Below are positions 47,344 to 57,438 of a DNA stretch of 64,000 nucleotides, piece after piece. The stretch's first letter is position 1; each line of letters begins with the position of its first letter. Below the pieces are notes generated by a model. That model was not told the DNA's origin and searched no databases. It saw only the letters and a program-made list of their open reading frames with translations. Both the position numbers and the translations under genes were made by a program. The stretch comes from an uncultured Clostridia bacterium (GTDB taxonomy: Bacteria > Bacillota > Clostridia > TANB77 > CAG-508), in contig CAJFHE010000005.1 of assembly GCA_904378095.1 (NCBI GenBank), forward strand, positions 9,675 to 73,674. The letters run 5' to 3'.

Positions 47344-48763
47344 CTAAAATCTAAAGTACAAAAATGGATTAAAGCTATTATTCACTAAACTTGCTGTGCT
47401 TATTATTACAATTGCTACATATCCCAAACTAGTAATAACAGAAGCAATAGCTTCTTTCTTCTGTGTTACTGTTTTCTTGTTTCTATTTTTCCACCATTGT
47501 AATAACGGAATACTGCAAATAATTCCTATTACAATAATGATGATATAATTTTTCAAATAATAAATTGCTTCTGCATTTACAAGACTTGCTCCATTCAATC
47601 CAAACATTGTGCTTAAGTAGGTGCCTATTTGTCCTAAATCTTCAAAGGCAAAGATTACCCAACTGATTAATACTAATAATAAAGTATAAATATGTCCAAC
47701 TATCTTTGGTAATTTATCTAATACTTTTAATAGGAATAATTTTTCTATAATAAGTATTATACCAAAGTAAACACCCCATAGCACAAAATTCCAAGATGCC
47801 CCATGCCAAGCTCCGTGTTAATGCCCATACAATTAATATATTTCTAATCTGTTTTAAAATTCCTTTTCTATTTCCACCAAGTGGTATATAAATATAATCT
47901 CTAAACCAACTACTTAATGTAATATGCCATCTTCTCCAAAATTCTGTAATACTCTTACTTATATATGGGAAGTTAAAGTTTTCATCAAAATCCATTCCAA
48001 ATATCTTAGCAAGTCCTATTGCCATATCCGAATATCCACTAAAATCGAAATAAATTTGTAGTGCAAAGGAAATAATGCCTACCCAAGATAGAAGAACTGT
48101 CATTTCTCCATAAGTTCCTGTTTCAATCACATTCCACAATGCTCCTACATTATTAGCAATTAATACTTTCTTTCCAAGACCAACAATAAATCTTTTCATT
48201 CCAAGTGAGAAATTATCTAAGCTTATTTTCTTATCTACCAATTCCTCATCTACCGTTTCATATCTTACAATTGGTCCTGCAATAATTTGTGGGAACAAAG
48301 TCGTATAGGTTAGATAGTTATAAAAACTTTTTTCACAAGTTACAGTCCCTCTATATACATCTATTATGTAAGATAATGATTGAAACGTATTGAAAGATAC
48401 TCCTATTGGAAGAGGGATGTTGAGAAGCGGAATATTAAGTCCTGTTATTCCATTAACACTTGATATGATAAAATCTGCATATTTAAAAAAGAACAGAATA
48501 AGTAAATTTATGCCAACATCTATCCATAAGTATAATCTTTTTTTCTTTTTATCTTCCCAATATTTATTAATTTTATTTCCACACCAAAAATCCATTACCG
48601 CTAAAAGTAGCATAATAGGAATATATCTTATTTCTCCCCATGCAAAGAAAATAAAACTTGATATTATCATTACTAAGTTTTTTAGTTTCTTTGGTACAAT
48701 AAAATATATTAACAGCATTATTGGCAAAAATATATACAAAAATACAACACTGCTAAATACCAT
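47344..48763 (-). pseudogene. MBOAT-family O-acyltransferase (AlgI/DltB-like), frameshifted
   Basis: The 349-aa ORF (RRWHITLSSWFRDYIYIPLGGNRKG present) ends ..IVWALTRSLAWGILEF... The other frame reads ..GAWHGASWNFVLWGVYFGIILIIEK.. through to 47344. The frames switch at ACACGGA (about 47813-47818). Confidence 0.8.
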
Positions 48764-48787
48764 TTTTTACTCCTTTAATCTTTCTAA

Positions 48788-48872
48788 GTCTGTCCCTTTT
48801 TTCTGCTTTTTCCTAATTGGGGACAGGCACCAATTAGGAAAATCCAGACAAAAAAGCCTGTCCCCAATTAGG
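48788..48872. repeat. Intergenic repeat cluster: GTCTGTCCC plus a 17-bp perfect inverted repeat CCTAATTGGGGACAGGC / GCCTGTCCCCAATTAGG
   Basis: The arms are 48812-48828 and 48856-48872, separated by a 27-nt spacer that repeats CCAATTAGGAA. It uses the same GGGACAG/CTGTCCC core as 1913-1957 and 24595-24639. Confidence 0.8.
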
Positions 48873-48874
48873 AA

Positions 48875-49744
48875 TTAAACTAATATATTATTTTGAATTT
48901 CAAAATTTTGAATTCCCATATAGCCAGGTGCTATTTCATATTTCTGGAATACTACAGTAACTTTTTTGTTCTCGTTAATATAAAAATCTTGATATTCGTC
49001 TTCTATTCCAGAGAAGCCACCTTCTCCCTCTGTAAAATATGAATTGTCCTTGTTTTCTTCCATTCTTTCTTTTATTTGTTTTTTCACTTCTTCATCTACA
49101 ATTTCTTTATAGTCTTCTCCTAATACATCTCTTAAATTTAGTTCTTTTCCATTTTCAATATCTATATTGTAGAAATATTGCTCTTGATAAGCAGAAGCAG
49201 CACTTTCACTTTTCGTAATGACAAACGAAATAATGTTATCATCTTGATATGTTATTTTATAATCAATATTTATTTGTGTAGGAATATAATCCTCCATTGT
49301 TCCACCAGTTGCTAATACAGCTTCTTTGTATTCTTCTGCTCTTTGTTTTGCTTCTTCTAACACCTCATTTATTTTAGAAGAAATTTCATAATTAATTCTA
49401 TCTTCTAATTCTTCATTTCCTGTATTTTTTATTGCAGGGATTTTAGCTTCTATTAAATCAGTATCATTTTCTTCTTTATATTCTCTTACTGTAAATACTT
49501 CTGCAATACTTCCTATTACAGGCACGTCTTCCATTGCTTTTGCAAAAGTTTCATTTGTATTTAATAATATAACAAACAAAGCAAATGTTGTAGCCAAGGT
49601 TGCTGTTGCTCCTTTAATCCAAATTTTTAGTTTACTTTTCTGATGTAAATTGTTTTTATGTATAGCCTTATTTACAACATAATCTAATTCTTGTGGTATT
49701 TCTATTGAATTATAAGCTTTTTTTGCTTTTTTCAATATACTCAT
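48875..49744 (-). CDS. RsiV-like anti-sigma factor (DUF4163/DUF3298-type extracytoplasmic domain)
   Basis: 289 aa with a short cytoplasmic N-terminus, one TM helix and an extracellular domain of RsiV type. It overlaps the sigma gene by 4 nt. Confidence 0.65.
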   Translation of the reverse strand: MSILKKAKKAYNSIEIPQELDYVVNKAIHKNNLHQKSKLKIWIKGATATLATTFALFVILLNTNETFAKAMEDVPVIGSIAEVFTVREYKEENDTDLIEAKIPAIKNTGNEELEDRINYEISSKINEVLEEAKQRAEEYKEAVLATGGTMEDYIPTQINIDYKITYQDDNIISFVITKSESAASAYQEQYFYNIDIENGKELNLRDVLGEDYKEIVDEEVKKQIKERMEENKDNSYFTEGEGGFSGIEDEYQDFYINENKKVTVVFQKYEIAPGYMGIQNFEIQNNILV

Positions 49745-50235
49745 AAACTTCTCCTTTCCATATTTTTTTTTATTTCCTCTATACCCTTATACAACCTAGA
49801 TTTAACTGTATTAGTGTTCGTCTTAGTGATATATGCTATTTCCTCTATCTTTAGGTTTTCGAAGAATCTAAGTAGAATTACTGTCTTTAGTTTTTTATTA
49901 AGCTTTTGTATATTTTCATATATATCAAGGTTTTCCACAAGTTCATTTTCGTGATTATTATGGTGAATTTCGTTTTCTGCTAGTTCAAATTCTATAAAGC
50001 TTTTATTATTTTTGGATTCTTTTATTGCTTCATTGATTAATATTCTATAAAACCAAGTTTTTACATACTCTTCATTTCTTAATTTGTGTATATTTTCTAA
50101 AGATTTTGTTATTGCTTCTTGGACAACATCTAGAGCGGCTTCTTGATTTTTTGTATATGTGTATGCTATTCGATATAATTTTTCTTGATTTTCTTTTATA
50201 TATTCTATTAATACTTCTTGAGCTACATACGCCAT
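49741..50235 (-). CDS. ECF-type RNA polymerase sigma-70 family factor (SigV-like)
   Basis: Region 2 (..LYRIAYTYTKNQEAALDVVQEAITK..WFYRILINEA..) and region 4 (..ILLRFFENLKIEEIAYITKTNTNTVKSRLYKG..). Start taken at the ATG at 50235 after GAGGAAAGGA. Confidence 0.85.
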   Translation of the reverse strand: MAYVAQEVLIEYIKENQEKLYRIAYTYTKNQEAALDVVQEAITKSLENIHKLRNEEYVKTWFYRILINEAIKESKNNKSFIEFELAENEIHHNNHENELVENLDIYENIQKLNKKLKTVILLRFFENLKIEEIAYITKTNTNTVKSRLYKGIEEIKKNMERRSL

Positions 50236-50271
50236 TGTTACTGTCCTTTCCTCTTGTTTATATCTCAATCA

Positions 50272-50754
50272 TTATTTTATATATTCATTTATTACGTTGT
50301 TTACTGTATTAGCATCATTTGCTACACATAGAATGATATAATTTCCTTCTACTCTTAAAATAGAATTATCTATTTTTCCTACTTCTTCTGGCAAATAACT
50401 TTCAAAAGCTTCTCTTCGTTCAGATAATCTAGTATTTATTTTTTCTTTAACACTATTTATATAATTTTTATCTTTGACTTGCAAAATCACAATTTCTTCA
50501 CTAGATGCTCCACTTCCTTGATAAGAAACAAGTTGTGCTATTTCATCAGTGGAAAAATTATAGTCTTGCATGGTCATTTCTGAGTCTATTTTTTCTAATT
50601 GGTCTTCAAAAGCATTACTTTTTGAAATTTCTTCTGCTAATCCTTCTATATTGATTTGTATATTTTCTTTATTTCTCTGTAAAAATAATATTACTGCTAC
50701 CACTATTATAATTAATATTACCGCTAAAACAATCACTATTTTTTTCTTATTCAT
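50272..50754 (-). CDS. DUF4358-like membrane-anchored protein
   Basis: 160 aa with an N-terminal TM helix and ..GSGASSEEIVILQVKD...FESYLPEE.., typical of DUF4358. Confidence 0.6.
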   Translation of the reverse strand: MNKKKIVIVLAVILIIIVVAVILFLQRNKENIQINIEGLAEEISKSNAFEDQLEKIDSEMTMQDYNFSTDEIAQLVSYQGSGASSEEIVILQVKDKNYINSVKEKINTRLSERREAFESYLPEEVGKIDNSILRVEGNYIILCVANDANTVNNVINEYIK

Positions 50755-50782
50755 TTTTATCTCCCTTTTTCTATTTTATTTT

Positions 50783-51649
50783 TTAAGAATTATTTTTCAA
50801 ATAATCTAGCCATTTCTTACAATATTTTTTATCAATATGAACACCATCCGTACTTGCTTCTTCTGGTAAATATCCATCTTTATTTACTAAAACAGATTTT
50901 ACATCTAAATAAGTTACATTTTCTTCTTCGGCTACTTCTTTTATTAATTGGTTAAACTTTGCTACATTTTTATTGTTATATATTTTATCAGAATCACTTT
51001 TACTTTTCGTCATTGGAATAATAGATTGTAGATATATTTTACAGTTTGGCTTAACTTTATTTATTTCTGAAATTAATTCCTTATATTTTGCTTTAAACAC
51101 TTGTGGATAAGACCATCCAAGCTCATTTACTCCAAGCATAATATAGACTTTTTTAATGTTTTTATTTGCCATATCCTGTAATAAAGTAATTTTATTTCCG
51201 TTACTAGTTTTTACAAATTGCTTCGTGATAGCAGTATCTACCATTAGACCAATATAGGAATAATCTTGAACATTTTTAAGTCCATTATACATAATAAATC
51301 CTTGCGTTCTTGAATCTCCAATAAAGGCTACTGTACTATCGAATTTAAGTTCACTATTATTGGAAGAATTGCTAGAGCTCTCATTCTTGATTTCATTAGT
51401 TTCTGCTATATTAGCATCCTGATTATAATGATCCGTATTATGGGTTTCAATTTGATTGACTATATTTTCTGTCACCTTATTTTCTATTATGTTGCTACTC
51501 TCCGAATTTTCTATATTATTAATAATATTATTTCCTTCCGTATTATTTTCTTGAAGAATTTTATTTCCAATAACCCCACCAATAAGTATTATTAGGATTA
51601 GTGGTACAAATGATGAAAATATTTTTTTCTTTTTCCTGTACTTTTCCAT
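50783..51649 (-). CDS. SGNH/GDSL-family hydrolase (esterase/acyl-hydrolase), membrane anchored
   Basis: 288 aa with block I FIGDSRTQG, block III GVNELG and block V DGVHIDKK. Confidence 0.75.
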   Translation of the reverse strand: MEKYRKKKKIFSSFVPLILIILIGGVIGNKILQENNTEGNNIINNIENSESSNIIENKVTENIVNQIETHNTDHYNQDANIAETNEIKNESSSNSSNNSELKFDSTVAFIGDSRTQGFIMYNGLKNVQDYSYIGLMVDTAITKQFVKTSNGNKITLLQDMANKNIKKVYIMLGVNELGWSYPQVFKAKYKELISEINKVKPNCKIYLQSIIPMTKSKSDSDKIYNNKNVAKFNQLIKEVAEEENVTYLDVKSVLVNKDGYLPEEASTDGVHIDKKYCKKWLDYLKNNS

Positions 51650-51729
51650 TTCTTTTCTCCTTATTTAACCCTTTGTATATTATATTAGATATTTTTGAGT
51701 ATAAAAAAGTTTAAAAATTTTTAAAATTT

Positions 51730-53043
51730 TTAAACTTTTTTGTTGAATTTTATTATTGGCAAAATGCATAAAGGTATTCCGATAAGTGTTAATACTAAAT
51801 TTCTATAAGTAAAATAAGAATGATAATAAGAATGGTTTTGTAATACAAAATACCAAACAAATGGTATAAGAGCAATAACCAAGAGAGGTATTATTTTTTT
51901 TGATGGCTCTATTTTTAATTTATAATTTGATAATCCTTTTACCATTGTATATATGTATATGGCTATTAACGAAATTATAACTCCACCTATTACATACCTA
52001 TAATTTAATTTTAAAACTTCTAAAAATGAAATGTCTCCTTCTCCAACACTTCTATAACTTATTTGGTTAAAAACCTCATCAAAAATATCCTTATGATAAA
52101 TAATGTCTAACAACGCCCACTTTGCAAGCCATGCTAAAGCATACCCTATACCCCATGCTATACTTAGAGAAGCTATCTTTAAAATATATTCTTTTATGCT
52201 AAGCTCTTGCTCTCTATTTTTAAGTAAAAAGTATATTATCATAGGAATTCCTAATGTTAAAATAGGGGCTGTCAAAAGGTCAAAGAAATTAGCGAACATT
52301 CCTATCATAAAAAATACAAAAGGAAAACTTTTTATTTTATCATATCTTTTTAATATAATTATTGCTGAAATCATCATAATAAAAAATACGAATGCTCCTT
52401 GAAGAGAAAATCCTATATAAAAATACTCTACATAAGTTAATCCAATTAAAAATATGACAGCAGTAATTAAGTTTATTTTTTTGTAAATCATATATAGTAA
52501 TATGGCTGCAAGTACAACAAATAAAATAATAAATATCACTCTTATGGTATGTATATTAAATATAATTAGTAATGGTCTTATTATTGTTAAATATCCATGC
52601 CAATATCTTCCATATTCAAAAGATTCTAATACTCTGCCATTTACCGTGTCCTTTAGCTCTGCCACTGAATCCTTTTTATCATATCCACTAGGGACCTGTA
52701 ACTCTCCTGCTGTTTCTTCTATAACTGTATTAGTCTCCCCTGGAATATAATTTTTTCTTGCTGTAAAAGCAGAATATAATGGTCTTGCATTATCAATAGA
52801 ATATGCTGTGTTTAGCATTAATGCATCTGTATAGTTATCAAATGGTATTGCTACTCCTTTATAAAAAACATTTACCTGTTTATAATTTGATTCTGATTCT
52901 AAAATATTTGCTGATTTTGCCACATTTTCTTTTATCCACTCTGATGGAAATAAAGAAGATATTGTCAAGGACACGACAAACAATACTATTAAAATTATAT
53001 ATACTACAATATATTTTAATGCTGGCTTAATTATTTTTCTCAT
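51730..53043 (-). CDS. Hypothetical polytopic membrane protein
   Basis: 437 aa with about 10 TM segments; family not recognised. Confidence 0.45.
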   Translation of the reverse strand: MRKIIKPALKYIVVYIILIVLFVVSLTISSLFPSEWIKENVAKSANILESESNYKQVNVFYKGVAIPFDNYTDALMLNTAYSIDNARPLYSAFTARKNYIPGETNTVIEETAGELQVPSGYDKKDSVAELKDTVNGRVLESFEYGRYWHGYLTIIRPLLIIFNIHTIRVIFIILFVVLAAILLYMIYKKINLITAVIFLIGLTYVEYFYIGFSLQGAFVFFIMMISAIIILKRYDKIKSFPFVFFMIGMFANFFDLLTAPILTLGIPMIIYFLLKNREQELSIKEYILKIASLSIAWGIGYALAWLAKWALLDIIYHKDIFDEVFNQISYRSVGEGDISFLEVLKLNYRYVIGGVIISLIAIYIYTMVKGLSNYKLKIEPSKKIIPLLVIALIPFVWYFVLQNHSYYHSYFTYRNLVLTLIGIPLCILPIIKFNKKV

Positions 53044-53123
53044 TTCTTCCCCTTAATATTTTGGTTATTTATCGTTGTTGCTAATCTATACTTACTCACT
53101 TTTAATTGATTAATCTTATTTTA

Positions 53124-54332
53124 TTATTTCTGATTAAATTCTTCTTCTAAATTCTTTTCTTTTAATTTCTTATTAGTATTTTCTCTAATAATTGCATAAA
53201 TAACAGACACTATTGGTAAGCCTACTATCATACCTATTATTCCAAATAGACTGCCTCCTATTGTTATAGCCACTAATACCCATATGCCAGGAAGTCCCAT
53301 GTTTTTTCCTACTACATGAGGATATATTAAGTTTCCTTCTATTTGTTGAAGAACAATGATGAATATAATAAAAATTAATGCTTTTATTGGGTCTATTACT
53401 ACAATAAGAACCGCTCCTACAAATCCTCCTATAAAAGCTCCCACAATTGGGATAAATGCAGTTAGTGCTGTTAATGCTCCAATTGGTCCCGCATATGGGA
53501 TACCTAGAATCCACATTCCTAAAGCACAAAGTGTACCTAGTATAACAGCTTCTTTTGCTTGTCCTGTTAAGAAATTGCGAAAAGAATCCCTAGAAAGTCT
53601 ACTAACTTTAATAATATAATCTGCTCTTTCTTTATTAAAACGTGCATAAATGAATTTTTTTGCTTGCAATTTTAATTCTTCCTTGTTTGCTAGAATATAT
53701 ACAGCAAACACGATTGCTATAAAGAAGTTTACAATATTACTAATTAAGCTTGTTATTTGACTAATGGTAACATCTAATACATCTTTTGATAGATTCATTA
53801 TTCCATTTCTTAGTGCTTCTGTGTTGATTGTAATACTCTGTATAAAGTTATTTATTTCTGGTATTCTTTCGGTAGTTTCAATTGCAAAATCTCTTAATGC
53901 AACTAAATAATTCGGAATATTGCTAATTAGATTGCTAATAACTTCATAAAATTCTGGTACTACTAATACCATTATGATGGCAATAATAGCCACAATGGTA
54001 ATAATAGATAAAATAATCGATACTGTTCTTTTATGTCTTTTTTTCTTTCCTGTCTTTTTATCATCAGCCTTAACACGTTTGTTTGAATTTTTATTTCTAG
54101 ATTTGAAGACAATATTTTCATATCTAGATTTGAAGACAATATTTTCATAAAATGTCATGAAAATATTTAATACGAATGCGATTGCTAATCCCCATATAAA
54201 TGGTGATATAATATTTAAAAATACTTTTATTCCATTCCATACAGTGCTTAAATTTAAAACAACGGCAAGTAGAACAATTGCTACTATAATAATTTTTATT
54301 ATCTGCTTTGTATTTTCTTTGTCTAGTTTCAT
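53124..54332 (-). CDS. AI-2E family transporter (PerM/YdiK-like)
   Basis: 402 aa with the conserved C-terminal region QQIEGNLIYPHVVGKNMGLPGIWVLVAI. Confidence 0.85.
   Translation of the reverse strand: MKLDKENTKQIIKIIIVAIVLLAVVLNLSTVWNGIKVFLNIISPFIWGLAIAFVLNIFMTFYENIVFKSRYENIVFKSRNKNSNKRVKADDKKTGKKKRHKRTVSIILSIITIVAIIAIIMVLVVPEFYEVISNLISNIPNYLVALRDFAIETTERIPEINNFIQSITINTEALRNGIMNLSKDVLDVTISQITSLISNIVNFFIAIVFAVYILANKEELKLQAKKFIYARFNKERADYIIKVSRLSRDSFRNFLTGQAKEAVILGTLCALGMWILGIPYAGPIGALTALTAFIPIVGAFIGGFVGAVLIVVIDPIKALIFIIFIIVLQQIEGNLIYPHVVGKNMGLPGIWVLVAITIGGSLFGIIGMIVGLPIVSVIYAIIRENTNKKLKEKNLEEEFNQK
54096..54149. repeat. Perfect 27-bp tandem duplication inside the AI-2E transporter gene
   Basis: TCTAGATTTGAAGACAATATTTTCATA occurs twice. 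It is in frame and duplicates YENIVFKSR. Confidence 0.9.
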
Positions 54333-54359
54333 TTTTTCTTCCCCCTTATATATTTTTAT

Positions 54360-55010
54360 TTATTCTTTAATTTTTACACCAATTAGACTAATTAGATTGA
54401 TTGCTTGATATTCATTTATTATAGCACCTTTTATGTCCTCTAAAGAAATTACAATACCATCAATAAATGAATTCGATAAATCGATATCCTTCATACTTGT
54501 TTTAAAAACTTGTGCTTGTACTAAATCTGCTTTTTCAAAATATACATTTTTTAAAATATCTTCCTGAAAATAGCTATTTCTTAATATTGTATTATCAAAA
54601 ACAACGTTGTGCAATCTTGATAAAGAGAAATTACTATAAGAAGCATTTGTTTCTTTGTAGATTACGTTATTTTGCGTTGTTTCTGTAAAATCACATCCTG
54701 ATAGTTTGCAATTGTTAAATTCGCATCTGACAAAAGAAGAGCCTTGCAAAGATGAATTCGAAAAATTGCAATTTTCAAAAATCACATCCATAAAAGTTAC
54801 TTTTTCTAGTTTACTATTTAGAATATTGCATTTATTAAATTTGACCACTTTAAAATCAATATCATATAGCTCTAGCTCTTCTACTTCTTGATTTTCTATT
54901 AATTTGTTTGTAATCTTTCCTTCGCTTTTTTTAACTTCTTCCTCTAGTTTTTCTGCTTTTTCTATTCTATTTATTTCAAATAAGATTTTTTGTGGTTTTT
55001 GTATGTTCAT
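54360..55010 (-). CDS. Pentapeptide-repeat protein
   Basis: 216 aa with runs of A(D/N)LxX-type repeats (..FENCNFSNSSLQGSSFVRCEFNNCKLSGCDFTET..). Confidence 0.8.
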   Translation of the reverse strand: MNIQKPQKILFEINRIEKAEKLEEEVKKSEGKITNKLIENQEVEELELYDIDFKVVKFNKCNILNSKLEKVTFMDVIFENCNFSNSSLQGSSFVRCEFNNCKLSGCDFTETTQNNVIYKETNASYSNFSLSRLHNVVFDNTILRNSYFQEDILKNVYFEKADLVQAQVFKTSMKDIDLSNSFIDGIVISLEDIKGAIINEYQAINLISLIGVKIKE

Positions 55011-55072
55011 AATTTCACCTTTTTCAATATGTTATATAATAACAAAAAGTTAGTAATTTTACAACTACTAAC

Positions 55073-57421
55073 TTATATTTTTCTTAATCTCAAACTATTT
55101 AGTGTAACCGTGATGCTGCTCAAAGTCATTGCAAGTGACGCAAACATTGGATTCATGGTTAATCCCCATACAGAAAATACTCCCATGGCAATTGGTAACA
55201 TACAGATGTTATAGAAAAATGCCCAAAATAGGTTTTGTTTAATGTTTCTTATAGTTCTTTTGCTAATATCCATAAGCTCTGGTATTTTTTCTAAATTATC
55301 TTTCATTAGTACTACATCACTACTGTCCATTGCAATGTCAGTACCACTTCCTACTGCTACTCCTATATCTGCTGTAACTAAACTTACACTGTCATTAATA
55401 CCATCTCCACACATCATAACTAGCCCTGTTTGTTTTAATTCTTTTATCTTTTCTGCTTTTTCTTTTGGAAGCACATTTGCAATTACTTCTGTGATACCAA
55501 TACTGTCTGCAATTGCTTTTGCTGTTTTTTCGTTATCTCCTGTTAGCATTACTACATTAATATTTTTATTTTTTAGTTTTTCAACTACATCTCTTGCCGA
55601 GTCTTTTATTACATCTTTTACTCCAATTAGAGCTATTAATTTATAAGTGTATTTTTCTCTAGTTTCTGAATTTTCATTGTCTACTTGTACACTGTCATTT
55701 TCTATTATCTTTTCGGCTTCTGCAACAAATAAAATACTGTTTCCTTCTGCTTCTAACTCATCTTCATCTTTTATTGCTTTTTCTATATTCACATTATTTT
55801 CTTTCATTAATTTGCTATTACCAATCAAATAACTTTTATTGTTATATTCTGCATAAACACCATAACCAGCAATATTTTTAAAGTTTTCTATTGTTTCAAG
55901 TTGTACTTTATTTTCGGTAGCAAAATTTACAATTCCTCTTGCAATTGGATGTTCTGATTTATTTTCAATACTTGCTACAATTTTTATAATCTCTGCATCT
56001 GTTTTACTTAGTTCTACTACTTCTTCTAAATCTTCTCTTTGTTTTTCTAAAGTCACTTTTTTATTTCCATCATCTAGGCTATGCTCCGTGTAATTAAACA
56101 TCTTACTTACGCTTAATTTACCTTTTGTAAGAGTACCTGTTTTATCAAACACAACCGTTTTTACCTTGTGTGCATTTTCTAGACTTTCACTGTTTTTTAT
56201 TAAAATTCCTTCCTTGCTTGCTACTCCAGATGATACTACTATGGCAAGTGGTGTGGCTAATCCAAGGCTACATGGGCATGCAACTACTAAAACTGTAATA
56301 AATACATTTATGGCAAAGCCAAAAGTTTGGCCAATAACAAGCCATACAATAGCAGATACAACAGCTAATATCATAATAGCTGGAACAAAATAGCCACTAA
56401 TTTTATCTGCAATTTTTGCAATAGGAGCTTTAGTATTAGTTGCTTCTACTACCATTCTTACAATCTCGGAAACCGTAGACTCTTTTCCTATTTTTTCTGC
56501 TTTATATTGTATTGTTCCTTCATAATTAATACTTCCTGCAATTACTTTACTTCCTATTTCTTTTTTAGAAGGTGTGCTTTCTCCTGTAACAAATGATTCA
56601 TCAATATGCGTGCTACCTTCTACTACTTCTCCATCAACTGCGATTTTCTCACCTGGTCTACAAATAACAATGTCGCCTTTTGTAATCTCATCAAGAGTAA
56701 CTTCTTTTTCTTTTCCTTCTTTTAAAATTGTCGCTTTATTTGGAGTTATCATCATCAAACTTTGTATTGCTTCTTTTGTTTTATCTTTATTACGTGCTTC
56801 AACATATCTACCAATATGAATAAAGAAAAGGATAATAACAACCGATTCAAAATATAGATTTTCAACATATTCGTGGTGTCCTTTTAAAATCATATAAGTG
56901 CCATAAAGGCTATATAGAAAACTACTTAAGACGCCTAATCCAACCAAAGTATCCATATTAGCTGTTTTATGAATTAGGTTCTTGTATCCATTTTTTAGAA
57001 TATCCCATCCCATAATAATAGAAATAATGCTAAGAATTAGTAAAGCAATTGTATAATTAATAGGATTTGTATGCATTCCTAAAAAAGGTACTTCTGGTAA
57101 TCCAATCATATGACCCATAGCAATGTATAGTGTTAGTATCGCAATAATAGTAAATCCCCATAATTTATACTTTTCTCTTGATTTTTTCTTTTCTTCTTTT
57201 TGCAAATTATCGATACCTAAACTTTCAAAACCTGCTTTTTGTATAAATTTTTCTATTTGAGGAATATCTAATTTTTTCTCATCATACTCCACACTTGCAT
57301 TGTTCATTACCAAATTAACAGTAGCATTTAAGATTCCATCTTGCTTATTTAAATATTTCTCTAATCCACTAGAGCAGGCACTACATGTCATACCATCTAT
57401 TTTTAATAAAACTTTTTTCAT
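55073..57421 (-). CDS. copA: Copper-translocating P1B-type ATPase
   Basis: N-terminal HMA domain (GMTCSACSSG), CPC motif (ACPCSLGLATP), DKTGTLT and GDGINDS. Start taken at the ATG at 57421 after GAGGGG. Confidence 0.92.
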   Translation of the reverse strand: MKKVLLKIDGMTCSACSSGLEKYLNKQDGILNATVNLVMNNASVEYDEKKLDIPQIEKFIQKAGFESLGIDNLQKEEKKKSREKYKLWGFTIIAILTLYIAMGHMIGLPEVPFLGMHTNPINYTIALLILSIISIIMGWDILKNGYKNLIHKTANMDTLVGLGVLSSFLYSLYGTYMILKGHHEYVENLYFESVVIILFFIHIGRYVEARNKDKTKEAIQSLMMITPNKATILKEGKEKEVTLDEITKGDIVICRPGEKIAVDGEVVEGSTHIDESFVTGESTPSKKEIGSKVIAGSINYEGTIQYKAEKIGKESTVSEIVRMVVEATNTKAPIAKIADKISGYFVPAIMILAVVSAIVWLVIGQTFGFAINVFITVLVVACPCSLGLATPLAIVVSSGVASKEGILIKNSESLENAHKVKTVVFDKTGTLTKGKLSVSKMFNYTEHSLDDGNKKVTLEKQREDLEEVVELSKTDAEIIKIVASIENKSEHPIARGIVNFATENKVQLETIENFKNIAGYGVYAEYNNKSYLIGNSKLMKENNVNIEKAIKDEDELEAEGNSILFVAEAEKIIENDSVQVDNENSETREKYTYKLIALIGVKDVIKDSARDVVEKLKNKNINVVMLTGDNEKTAKAIADSIGITEVIANVLPKEKAEKIKELKQTGLVMMCGDGINDSVSLVTADIGVAVGSGTDIAMDSSDVVLMKDNLEKIPELMDISKRTIRNIKQNLFWAFFYNICMLPIAMGVFSVWGLTMNPMFASLAMTLSSITVTLNSLRLRKI

Positions 57422-57438
57422 TTTATCCCCTCGTTTCA

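Noticed and set aside
53185-53529. A 114-aa alternative-frame ORF inside the AI-2E transporter gene
   Set aside because: It is on the same strand but out of frame with a clearly conserved transporter sequence. Its Cys/Arg/Asn-rich translation is typical of an off-frame read.
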